DNA of 63,156 bases, filler included, from Aduncisulcus paluster (taxonomy: Eukaryota): NCBI GenBank assembly GCA_024181965.1. It is 15 parts of 15 records of this genome, joined end to end, with 100 filler letters (N's around TTAATTAATTAA, not from the genome) between each part and the next. Parts side by side here need not be neighbours in the genome. Positions count along the whole stretch, not along the records: positions 21,639 to 25,958 come from BQXS01010229.1; positions 26,059 to 32,657 come from BQXS01010230.1; positions 32,758 to 34,529 come from BQXS01010231.1; positions 34,630 to 36,173 come from BQXS01010233.1; 11 more parts are not named here. One strand, 5' to 3'. Made by a program: the position numbers and the translations under genes. Below are positions 24,001 through 36,173 of this stretch, one piece after another. The stretch's first letter is position 1, and every line of letters begins with the position of its first letter. The notes beneath the pieces were generated by a model. The model searched no databases. It was not told the origin of the DNA and saw only the letters and a list, made by a program, of their open reading frames with translations.

Positions 24001-25426
24001 CGAGATGAGCACATTCCTTCTTCCTCTTCCTCTTCCTCCTCCTGTGTAATGCAGCATTCGCCGTAATGGATCAACATCTCAACTCAACAGGATGAACGTA
24101 TTCCTTCTCTCCCTGCCTCTATGATATCTTNNNNNNNNNNNNNNNNNNNNCATGAAGTTATGTGCACTCGTTATTACTCTCCGAGATGAGCACATTCCTT
24201 CTTCCTCTTCCTCTTCCTCCTCCTGTGTAATGCAGCATTCGCCGTAATGGATCAACATCTCAACTCAACAGGATGAACGTATTCCTTCTCTCCCTGCCTC
24301 TATGATATCTTCACAGAATGAGCATATTCCTTCTCTCTCCTCTACACGAATCCAGCGTGAGATAGATTGCCGTAAGAAAAGAGAAGTTGAAAGAAACAAA
24401 GTATTTGTTTCAATGGAGAGACTCCTCCGAGATTTCGCAATATGTTATATTGAGAAAGCAACTATCCCTCCAGCAATACTACAAAAATTAGCAGCTTGTA
24501 GTCTGCGCTTCATGTGGTGTAGAGATGAGATTTGAAGTCAGATTGAATTTACATGCGAGGCATTAGATGTTTGCCATGTTCCTCAGACACATCCTATAAG
24601 AGGAATTCTATCAGTCGAAAATGTTATAAACTCTCTCTATCTCTATCCAGTTGGTCATGCATTCATGGCCAAAAGTTGACGAAAAGGTGTTGTAACAGTG
24701 TCCTTTCTGGCCGTAGCAGCCCAATTGGCATCTCTAGACACAAACCCCGCTGTATTTTATTAATATATAGAGCGACGATTGATGAATGTTGTTGTTGTAT
24801 ATTAAAACCTCAAACGACGAAGAGGGGTAGAGAAATCAAAGGAAGTCTGTGCCCACTGTCTTGGTTCGACCCGAAGAATTATGGAACCACCCATAAGTTT
24901 AGCGATCTGATTGTCTTTTGGGCCAGGCAAATGACCGATTCCACGTTAAAATGGGTGAAGGAATCCATCCTTATTTATAAAAAAAGATTACAGCGCTATA
25001 AAGGCGATGTACTGAAGCTAAAACGATGTAAAACCGGGTTTTCAGCGATAAGAGAAATATCTAGCCAATTGAATGTAATTGGTCAATTGATTGCTGACAA
25101 AAAAGACTCTTCTGTCATAGATTCAACTGCGCCGCCGGTTGAACCGGATCATCCGATTGATGATCAATTAAGACTCAGTCCCAAGCTTCCACCAAGACTT
25201 CCACCATGACTTCCAACTTCAAAGTCCGGGATGAGGTTCTTCCCTCTGTCCCATTCGCTCCTCAATACTGCCAAAAGTAATCTGTTTTCGGCATACGGAC
25301 GACGCTTGCTCCGAAAAACATTATAAAAAGGCAAATCTAAGGGGCTAGTTTATGTTCTAACAGATGGAGTTGGTGCCCGCCTCGTTATGGGGCCAAAAAC
25401 CTCTGATAATTACAAAATCTTGGTAT

Positions 25427-25498
25427 CAAGCCTTGTTTCCTCTCCCGCCCCCAAGCAGACTACAAGCCTGGATTCCTCTCCCGTCTCCAAGCAGGCTG
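25427..25498. repeat. Two tandem 36-nt GC-rich units (30/36 identical)
   Basis: caagccttgtttcctctcccgcccccaagcagacta followed by caagcctggattcctctcccgtctccaagcaggctg. Confidence 0.8.
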
Positions 25499-26058
25499 AA
25501 TATGCATTATGCCTCGGCGTTGACCCTGCAGAGCTGTCATTGCCGGCACTGCTCTCGTGTTGAAGAACGAAGCCGGCGGCCCAGAAAGCGAGATGACCGA
25601 ATTCGGTATAATACCAAAAGGGGTTCGGGTCGGTAAGAACAAGAGAAACAAACGTCATGCAGGAAACATGAAGAAAATGCTTGTACTTTGAATGAAAATC
25701 TGGGCGTGACAGTTGTCTATCCTCTGAAGAATCCCTATTAGTAAATGCAGAGAGTCTTTCAGACAATATCTTCGATCCATTGAGCTTGCTGCCATATTCC
25801 AATACGCCTCTTCCGTTCCCGCACACCTGATGCCTGGCATTGCAAAGAAACTTGCTTTAATTATTTAAGATAACAAGTTATCGACCTTGGCCGCGATAGG
25901 TGTTGCATACAGTATCCTCTTTTTCTCTTCCCTTCTTGTGGTTGCCTTTTCGTTGGTCNNNNNNNNNNNNNNNNNNNNNNNNNNNNNNNNNNNNNNNNNN
26001 NNTTAATTAATTAANNNNNNNNNNNNNNNNNNNNNNNNNNNNNNNNNNNNNNNNNNNN

Positions 26059-27959
26059 TGGGAGACAACGTTGAGGTTCTGTTTGGAGATGTGGTTGATC
26101 CAACAGGTACTGTCTCCCAGGATACAACATCTCCATGTGGATCAGATTCTTCCTCTTCCTCTTCTTCTTCATCGTGCTCATATCTGGAAGATCATCGTGT
26201 GTGTGGAGTTGATTATTCTGTTGACAATGGTGATGATACAGAGTTGGCATGCATCTGTGGGTCAGGATACTATGAAGACGTATCCTCTGGTGAATGTGTG
26301 TTAGCTTCTTCTTCTTCTTCTTCTGCATGCTCCAACTGTGGTGGTGATCGTGGTACATGTGTGTATGATTCTGACTCTGGTGATGAATCATTGCCATTCT
26401 GTGAGTGTTCTGATGGATGGTATGGCACTGATTGTTCATCCATTTGTCCTGTTTCTGATGATCTTGGTTTGTGCAGTGGATCTTCTCATGGAACATGTGA
26501 TGCTGCCACCCATACATGTGTGTGTGAGTCTGGGTATTATGGATCTTCATGCAACCTCTATTGTGATAGTTTGTCAAGATGTGGTCTGCACGGTCGATGT
26601 GCTGTCGATGATCTCTCTTCTGAGACATTGTATTGTAAATGTGATGCTGGATGGTATGGGTCAACATGTTTCACTCAATATCCTGTTGAGACTATTGAGT
26701 ATGTGAATGAGGATGATGAAACAAACCCGACTATCGTTGATTACGTGTGCGGAGTTAATTACTCCACAGATCCATCTTCATCATATTCAGACTATGGAAT
26801 CTATTCATCAGACACTGACACATCTTCGTGTGACTGTTCCTCCTATGGTCTCATCACTGATGCCTCAACATCCACATGCATTGATCCTGCGACTCACCCT
26901 TATTACAAGGACATTGCTGGAAATGACACTGCTTGCTTGACCTGTGGAACAACCACGGATAGTCATGGCACATGTGTGCTTGGTGAAGGAGAAGATAGTC
27001 TCATAGCCATGTGTCAGTGTGAGTATGGATGGGGTAATGATGTGGATGATTCTTCAGAACCTTCATCGTCATGCTCTATTGACATGTGTGGAGTGAGTGA
27101 GGATACTTACACTGAAAGCAATGCAAATCCATCCTCTCTGTGTTCATCGCATGGAGTGTGTTACTCGTATGATTCCAGTGATTCCAATAATGCTTCAAGT
27201 ATTCAGTATGCATGCACATGTGATGATGGGTGGAATGGTATAATGTGTGGTGAAGAGGATAGTAATGCCATAACAATTGTTGTGTGGATTTTTATTGTTG
27301 TTTCAGCGGTTTCTATTATTGTTGGAGTGATTGGTCTTTTCTTATGGTTACGTTTGAAGAGGAGCAATAATAATACTTCCACGATTGATGATTCAGATCT
27401 GAAGCCTGAAATGGCATCCAGAGAAGACCTAAAAACTGATTCCATGACCCCTGTGATCCAAGTTCGAGGATTACATGAGTCTGAAAGTGTCGTCCATGAG
27501 TCTGAAAGTGTCGTGCAGGCTTCTCCTCGTCTGTATAGTGAATCTCAACCCACCTTAACTGTTAAGAGGAGAGTTAAGAAGAAAAGGAAAGATAAGAAAC
27601 CTAGGTGGGCGGAAGAAGAAGAGGAAGATGATGGAACAGATCGTCAAATTTCGGATGATAAATTGGAAGGTTTGACCTTGACGTCTCCGAGTAGCACCCC
27701 GATCACATCTCTGAAAATAGTTAGAGAAGATGCAGATGTTGTGGATTTGCCAAACGAAAAATGTCTTGTTGCCCCAACTTCTCCAAGAAAAAGAAAGAAA
27801 GAGGTGTCTGACAAGATAAAGAAGAGGAAGAGGAGAGTTAAGAAAGAAACGACTCAAACAATCAGTGAATCTACACATAAATCTGAACACAAGGTAAAGA
27901 AGAAAAAGAAGAAGCACAAAACACGCCATGTTCTTCAACCAATCGACCAAGAGAAGTGA
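26059..27959 (+). CDS. EGF-like Cys-rich single-pass surface protein, C-terminal part; same family as 16683..19772
   Basis: GWYGTDCSSICPVSDDLGLC matches GWYGDTCEEVCPVSDDGVLC. TM AITIVVWIFIVVSAVSIIVGVIGLFLWL; ~200-aa basic cytoplasmic tail. Confidence 0.88.
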
Positions 27960-28461
27960 AATTCTTGTAATCCTACGTTGTCTCATATCATATAGATGAG
28001 TATATCCGGATATAATATATCCCTTTTTGAATTGAGTTTTTTCCAGAATTTCTGGATCGCAATAAAACTTTTGTAATGTATTAAGGTTTACTTCTCCTTC
28101 AGACAGGTTCAATCTGATTTGAAATCAGTGATTTCAGAAATCATTTCAGATTGAAAATTTCAATTTGAAATTCAAAGGAATCGTAGCTGAGATGAACTTT
28201 AAGTAACTTGTAATTACAAGGCTTGTAATTTTTTGATTCTCCTTTTACCCAATCACAAGCATCTTTCACATTTTGCAAGTTTCATTATTTATCAAGTTGA
28301 TAGAATATCAACCTTCGGGGATAATCAGTGATTATTAATCACTCTTCTTTGGAATCCGTTGTAGAGATCACGTAGTTTAATGCACCATACTTTGAACGAC
28401 ATTCTTCCTCTTCTTCTTCCTCTTCCTCCTCTTCCTCCAATATTTCCATCCCATAAACTCT

Positions 28462-31400
28462 TTATTTCCAAAATAGTCCGGGCCACGAAAATTCTTCCTC
28501 CTCTTCTTCTTCTTCTTCCTCCAATATTTCCATTCCTTCCCTCCATGATTCCTGATCATACCCTTCAAATGAAACATTACACATTTCATGATCAAATAAA
28601 GATTCCACGCCTCCACCTGTGTGTTCAACAAAATCATACACAGACTGTCTCAAAGATCTTTCCTCATCAAATGGCATCTTAACAAGTAAATGTTGAGGAG
28701 GAGTGTATTGGATGATAGATGAGTGTTTGATGCGATATTGGCGATGAAAAGGAATTGAATGATCATATTTATCTTCCTTTTCCCCATTATACAATACAGA
28801 AAACTGCCACTTTCCAACAACATCATCGGGATGTTCATCTTTTGTTCCAAAACACAATCTGCCACGTTGTATTATTTGTTGGTCTGTCATCTCCTTTTTC
28901 GTGATTATATTGACAACAGAGGTTTTGTTGAGATTGGTAGAAAAACAATAATTAAAGACATCACAATAATCAAAGACATCACAATTGATGAATTCAGCAT
29001 CAATTTCTACACTCATTTGACAACACACATGTGAAGCGTATGAATATCCATCTTTCTCAGGATATAAAAATGTTTCAGTTGAAGGAATTAATGAGACTGG
29101 AGGAATAGAGTGGAGGAGTTTAGCTAGACAAGATGAAGCTATATAGGAAGATATATTAGAAAAGTAGCGATCAAAAAATCTAGATTCCATCATTTTGACA
29201 TCATATTTTGGAGATATCAGAGGAACAAGAGATGGAACAGTGGAGAACATGGAAATGAGTTTACCCCAATTTCCATATCCACATTCAAACCATCCAGGAT
29301 CTCCCCTCTTAATGACTATAATCCACTCATCAAGAAGATCTTTTACATTATCATAAACTTCAATAGTATGGGCTGGATCACAACATAAGTTGGAGAAGAA
29401 GTGTAGAACTTCTTCATGATTATTCCCAACAATCTTTTCCCCTTCAAACTCTCTCTTAACAACATCAAGAACAGGGTGGAAAAGAGGCCAAGCTTCAGAA
29501 CAGAGGGATTTGTCGGGTGTTTCATTATCACTTGAGGAGGTGATATTTGATAATATATATATCCAATGTTCAAAACACTTGCTATCATTGTATATCCTTA
29601 ACCAATGTCTGATATATGGTTTGATGAGTGTAAGAATGGAGGATTTAGTGTAAATGAGAGGGAGAAAAGAGATATTGCGAAGGGTATGTAACAAATATAA
29701 AGCAATATTATCCTCCAGGTTTCCCTTGATTCCTCTCTCAAAAAAGCGTTGAAAGCTGTGAATGATTTTGAAAAGCAGTGGTCGTTTTATCAATTCTATT
29801 TCAAGGCAAAGAAAATCGGAATAATGTTGCAAAATTCTAAGAAAGTATTCATCAACATAATCTTTTAATACCACCTCAACTCTTGATAGATGATCAAAGA
29901 AAGTGTCAATGATATTATCAACAACAGGAATTAAAAGACAATGAAAACGTGAACAGACAAACAATCTCAAACACCTAAAACATATTGATAACTCTCTCTT
30001 GTGCTCTTCAATTTCACTCTTTGATTGATGTGCAAGGAATACAGAAAGAATCTCATCTCGATGTTTATCATAGAGTTTTGAAAGTGTTTCATATTCGGAA
30101 GAATCCGTATTGTTAGATGTAAGGGATCCCTTAATAACTCCAATTAAATCGACCCATTTCTTAAGGGAAGGATAATATCGACAAACATATTGTTTATAAG
30201 TTAAAAAAGATCCACCACGCTTATGACACCAATACATTTCATCATAATAGTTGAGGGATATTTGAGGAACAATGGAAACAAGAGAGGAAAGATTAGAAAT
30301 AAGCATCGACCAGTTTACAATTCCCCTTCTGATTTCCACAATATTGAATTTAGTTTTCATTCTTTTTCTTCTTTGCCTACGATTCTTCTTTATAGCTTCA
30401 AACCATCCATCAAGAAGATCTTCAACGTAATGATAGATTTCGATGGCATGTGATAGATCACAACACAAGTTGGAGAAGAATTTTAAAAACCTTTCGTGAT
30501 CATCCTTAACAATATTAACCCCAACAAACTCTCTCTTAACAACATCAAGAACAGGGTGGAAGAGAGGCCAAGCTTCAGAACAGAGGGATTTGTCGGGTGT
30601 TTCATCATCACTTGAGAGGGTAATTTTTGATAGAATAAACATCCACTCTCCATAACACTCACTATCATTGTATATCCTCAACCAATCTTTGATATATGGT
30701 TTGATTAGGGTGAGAATAGAAGATCGAGTGGAAAAAGAAGGAGAATTAGATATATTCCTGAGAGTCTGTAATAAATATCGAGCAGTATAACCACCCAATC
30801 TCTTAGTACTCCCTTTCTTAAGGATACATTGGAAAGTCGGGAAAATTTTTTGAAGAATAGAATCACATTTATCATTAACTTTTGGAAGATGAGGGAGAGA
30901 AGGACATTTATATTTAAATTTATATGTAGAGTAGCAAAAAATTCTACAAAAATATTGATCAACATCTTCTCCTAACACCTCCTCAATTCTTAATAGGTGT
31001 TCAATGAAAGTATCAATGAGATCATTCAGATCAGGAATGAGGAGAAAGATAGGATGCCCGTGACATCGATATTGATGTTGAGCAAATCCTGCTAAGCATA
31101 AAAAACAAAGCATAATCTCTTTCTTGCGTTTTTCAATTTCCCTCTTTGAATCATTAGATAATAATAACACGGAAAGAATATCATATCGATATTTTTGGAA
31201 GAGATTTGAAGTAGATTTTGAATCACAGCATTTCATTTGTATCTTTATATTTAATTTATCCCATTTTTTTAGATGAGGAAAACAATTGCTGAGATATTTT
31301 GAATAATTAGAGCACCAACTATTTATATGGCACCATTTCATTTTATCATCAAACTTGGGTGATAATTGATGGGATATAGTGGAAAGATCGGATAGAATTG

Positions 31401-32321
31401 ATACAAGTCTAGACCAATATATGATACCCATTGAATCATCTTCCTCTTTTCTCTCCTTTATCAACTCAAACCAACTATCAAGAAGATCATCTTTGATGCN
31501 NNNNNNNNNNNNNNNNNNNCACAGCACTTCATTTGTATCTTTATATTTAATTTATCCCATTTTTTTAGATGAGGAAAACAATTGCTGAGATATTTTGAAT
31601 AATTAGAGCACCAACTATTTATATGGCACCATTTCATTTTATCATCAAACTTGGGTGATAATTGATGGGATATAGTGGAAAGATCGGATAGAATTGATAC
31701 AAGTCTAGACCAATATATGATACCCATTGAATCATCTTCCTCTTTTCTCTCCTTTATCAACTCAAACCAACTATCAAGAAGATCATCTTTGATGCATTCA
31801 TGAATTTCAATAGCTTGGGAAGGAATGCAACTCAAGTTAGCAAAGAATAATAAACAACAAACAATAGCTTCATCATCAAATGTTACACCCTTGGAATCTG
31901 TATCTTTAATCACATCCAAGACAGGATGGAAGACAAACCAGAGTTGTGAGGAACGACCTTCATGAGGGAGTTTGCTACCTTCATCAAGAGTGATTTTCTT
32001 CAAAATGTTTGTCCAATGCAAAAAGAACTTCTTGTCGGGATACTTCCTCATCCAAGGTAAGATATGAGGGAGAAGAATGAATAAAAGGGAGTCTTTGGTG
32101 GAGTTACGATGAGAATAGGAAAATTTTCGACATATTTCGAGGATATCTTCGATGAATGAATTCTCAAGTTTTTTGTATTCACCCAAAGTTAATATTTTGG
32201 AGAGAAGAGAATAGAATTGGGGAAATATTCTGCTTCGAATGGATTCAACTTTGTCAAGAGAGACATTTATAATTCTAAATAATAACATTGTGATAGAGCT
32301 CACGCCAGCTTCTTTTGTTCC

Positions 32322-32352
<31 letters not shown>

Positions 32353-32657
32353 CTTTTGCCATTTCTCCATTCATCCTCAGAACAGATTCAACTTTGATCA
32401 TTTGAGGCAAGAAAGAGTCAATGATCTTCTTGATGGAAGATTTATCGAGGATGACCTCAATATCTTCTTCGCCATCTTCTTCTTTCGTAACTTTATGCTT
32501 CACGAACAGGGATAAACATTCGAAACAAAGAACGAAGAGATCTCGATTGGATGTAATTGCAGAAGGAGAAGTTGCGAATTTACCAAAGATAGTGGTGAAT
32601 TGAGGAAAAGATTGTTTGTAGAGAGATGAATTGAATGATTGAGAAGAAGATCTTTTG
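28462..32657 (-). CDS. Lineage-specific alpha-helical tandem-repeat protein (one divergent plus two canonical units, unique C-terminus); frameshift at the GAA run ~32320
   Basis: DKSLCSEAWPLFHPVLDVVKREF occurs twice, ~1080 nt apart, plus the divergent SSQLWFVFHPVLDVIK. ORFs 32300..32503, 31461..32303 and 28462..31527 join across a frameshift and a gap duplication. Confidence 0.78.
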
Positions 32658-32757
32658 NNNNNNNNNNNNNNNNNNNNNNNNNNNNNNNNNNNNNNNNNNN
32701 NTTAATTAATTAANNNNNNNNNNNNNNNNNNNNNNNNNNNNNNNNNNNNNNNNNNNN

Positions 32758-34529
32758 CCCGTTCCTGAGGGTTGGGAAGGTGAACAATCATCATATGGCA
32801 TCGCTCGTCCCCCTTCTTCCGTCTCTAAAGAGCCTCTTCCGATTGAGATGATTTCTACAAGACAAGAAGCCATCGTTGAAACCGGTAGGAGCGTTGAACC
32901 TGATGATATCACCGGAAGAATCGATTCTATCGCTAATGAAACTCATCTCCCTTCTCCTCCTTGTGCTTCTGCTCCTGTACCCCTCAATGGGTCCAATTTC
33001 CTGCCTAGAGGAGCTTCTGTCGCATATACAAAAGGTGTGTGGGGTCTTGTATTATACACTGGAGATGATACGAGACTTTTCCAGAACAAACAGGGATCAA
33101 CCGTTAAGATGGCTGGTCTTCAGGGTTTCATAAACAAATCTATCATATTTGTCGTGTGCATTCAATTATTCTTAGTTATCACGATGAGTGTCTTCTCAAC
33201 TCTTCACGGAAACACCATTGCCGAATCCCATTGGTACCTTGGAAAGACCTCTGACGATATGTCCAATATCTCCCTTGCATTCATTTCTATCTTGAGAAAC
33301 TTCGTTCTTACTGCATGGGTCATTCCTTTATCGTTGTTTGTTACCCTGGAACTGGCCAGATTTATCAATAAGTTGTTCATTGAGGCCGACCGACACGTCA
33401 ATATCGAAGGAATGGGTGCAGCTGGACATATGAACGTTAGAAGCTCCAACTTAATTGAGACTCTTGGATGTATTGATTATGTCCTCACTGATAAGACTGG
33501 GACTCTGACCCAGAACTCAATGGTTTTCAAGGGTCTTGGGCTTCCAGATGGAGGATCTCTTCACACATCTGGGGATATCAATGATCTTATGCTGAGGGGA
33601 TGGAAGAAACACATCATCGAGTGTGACCCTGCACTATATGCTCCTACAATCGCTCCAAGGAATCCCAATGCCTACCAAATGCTTATCTCTGACTCTGGAG
33701 ACGGTTCTGAACACTGTGACGCAAGAATATCCACTGTTCGCGAGGAAGGAGAGTCTGCGCGTATGATACCCGATGCGCCCATAATGTCCCACGATACTCA
33801 TGACTACAAAGTTGCTGAACCCATTGATATTGCAGCTTCTGGTGATAGCAAACCAAAAGAGAAGGAAGAAGAAGGTGATGGATCTATGAAGCAAAATGGA
33901 GAAGTGGCAGAGGGAGGTGAAGATAATGATGACTCTAATTCTTTCATCCGAGTTGATACCCCGCCTGTATCCTCTCGCCACAAATCATCCTTGAGCATCG
34001 ATGAACGTCAGCTTAGGATCATTCAAGGGAAGGCATCCGGGGAAGATGAGGATGAGATGGAACGTGAGCATGAGAATCCGTTCGGAAGACCTTCCACGTC
34101 TGCTGCGATGATACGGCACGAGAGAAGACGCTCATCTGTGTCGACCAACCCACCCAGCCGTCTGTCCACTCGTTGGAGTATGTCCTTCAAGCGTGCGTCT
34201 CTCACATCTCACTGTGCAGGTGCTTCTTTGGCTCCCGTAGCTGTAGCTTGTATGAGGATTATGGCTCTGTGTAACACTGTAAACCCAGCTCTTGAGTCCA
34301 ATGGAACAGCAGAGGAAGACAATACACAGGAGGCTGTCGGGGCTGGAATCAGGATCGTTGATAAGAGTTTGACTGACGGTGATAAAAAGAAGGTCGATGA
34401 AGATGCATTCTTGGCTTCTTTACCAAAAATATCACTTCATTCTGAAATATCCTATGTTGGCGACTCCCCCGATGAATTGGCTCTTGTGCACGGTGCTGCT
34501 GGTAATGGCTTCCAGTTAGTATTTCGTGG
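32758..34529 (+). CDS. P4-type ATPase (phospholipid flippase), internal fragment
   Basis: NFLPRGA, GLVLYTGDDTRL, IPLSLFVTLE, RSSNLIETLG.IDYVLTDKTGTLTQN, ALCNTV and YVGDSPDELALV. Confidence 0.95.
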
Positions 34530-34629
34530 NNNNNNNNNNNNNNNNNNNNNNNNNNNNNNNNNNNNNNNNNNNNTTAATTAATTAANNNNNNNNNNNNNNN
34601 NNNNNNNNNNNNNNNNNNNNNNNNNNNNN

Positions 34630-36173
34630 GTCTTTATTGTGCCAATTCTGGTCTTCATGGATGGTGTTATGACATGCAGAGCTGGCCATACAGCATTGAC
34701 GATCCGCTGGACCCTAGCTAATGTTAAGGATGACTTTAAAACCAAGAATTGTGCATGGAAAGAAATATCAATCCTGCCTGAAATAGGCCAAATTGCAACA
34801 TCTGCTTTCCTACACCAACTTGTCAAGGATGCCACTGCACTTCAAAAGGGCATTGAGATTGTCATCAACTCAGTGACAATACGTCTTTATGGAACACTAT
34901 TCCACATTATTGCAGATGGGAAACAAGTCACAGATAACATTGGAACAAAGCACTCATCGAATGATCCCTGTCCATGGTGCGATCTCACAGGAATTGAACT
35001 TCTATCAGCAGATGGAATAGGAGGTAAGAGACGTTTCAGCTCAATAGCAACGTCAAGAAAAACACTAACCGCCATCAATTCACAGTTGCCCCTATGGTGG
35101 GGCTATAGAACTGGAGGGCTTCTCTTCACCCCACTTCGCTTACATTCCGCTGATATGTTGCATGTTGAAGATCTTGGCAATAGCCATGATCTAGCCAGAC
35201 TGCTTGATGTCATTATGACTCCGAATCAACAGAAGATCGTCAACAAGAGACTGAAACTGTTCTCATGTCGTGTTCAAATAGGAGGTGGGAAGCGGGAAGC
35301 AAGTGATTGTTCAAGTTTAAGGATCGTAGCTGCAGCCTGTTTGTATGAACTTGATGCAAAAAAATGGAGAGGTGCATATAAATGGTTATATGAAGGAGAT
35401 ATTGACTATTCATCCATAAATGAAGAGGGAACTCGAGTCGAATATATCATTCCTGAAACAGATTCTACGCCACTATTGTCATGTACACACATCAAATTTG
35501 CTCATATTCTCCTCATGTGTGTGTTAAATGATCAATACTCACTCGATTATGCCACTGCTTGTACTCCAGCCCAGGCCAGAGAAGCATTATCTCTTGCAGT
35601 AAGACACAGAAGAATATTTATTCCACTTTGTGTCAAAGCAGGTGTTATCTCTGCTTCAAAAGTGACACAAGGGGGAGAAGAACGATACAATGTGAAGAAA
35701 TCAAAGACCCATTTTATCTCCCATTTGGAAGATTGGGTAAAGGACTGTGGTCCAATGGGTCCATTTTCCGCTCAGGTTGGAGAGCGACTTAACAAAAGTG
35801 TCTTACATGGTTATAAGCACATTCGCACTCATCCACAACGACACATTCTTGCAGCAGAAGTTCTTCCCTTTTTAAATTTGACCCCCATAAAACCCACTAC
35901 AATCCCAGGCACAAAGTTTATCAAGGATAAATTTTATTATTTTATTTATCCAGGACATGAAGATTTTTATGATGCGTTCAGATTCTCAGCTCTGTGTGAG
36001 GATCAAAAAAAGGTGAAAGGAATTCATTATACTTACATCGATGGAAATCAAATGGAGGTAAATGGGGTTATTGGGTTTTATATTTATACAGAGGTTGGAG
36101 AAACTGAAATTTTAGCTTCAAACATCTATGACAGATTCGATGCAGCTCTCGCAAAAGATTTGGGGTATTGTTC
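34630..36173 (+). mobile_element. CMC-superfamily (CACTA/Plavaka-like) DDE transposase, uninterrupted across the contig
   Basis: FMDG (D 34660), IIADG (D 34915), CPWC (34969-34980), DMLH (35152-35163), HFISH (35710-35724) and GPMGPFSAQVGERLNK (E 35782): the C(2)C, [M/L]H, H(3-4)H signature plus the DDE triad. Confidence 0.82.

Noticed and set aside
25427..25498. 36-nt repeats as a CRISPR array
   Set aside because: Only two adjacent units, no spacer, no cas genes, eukaryotic context.
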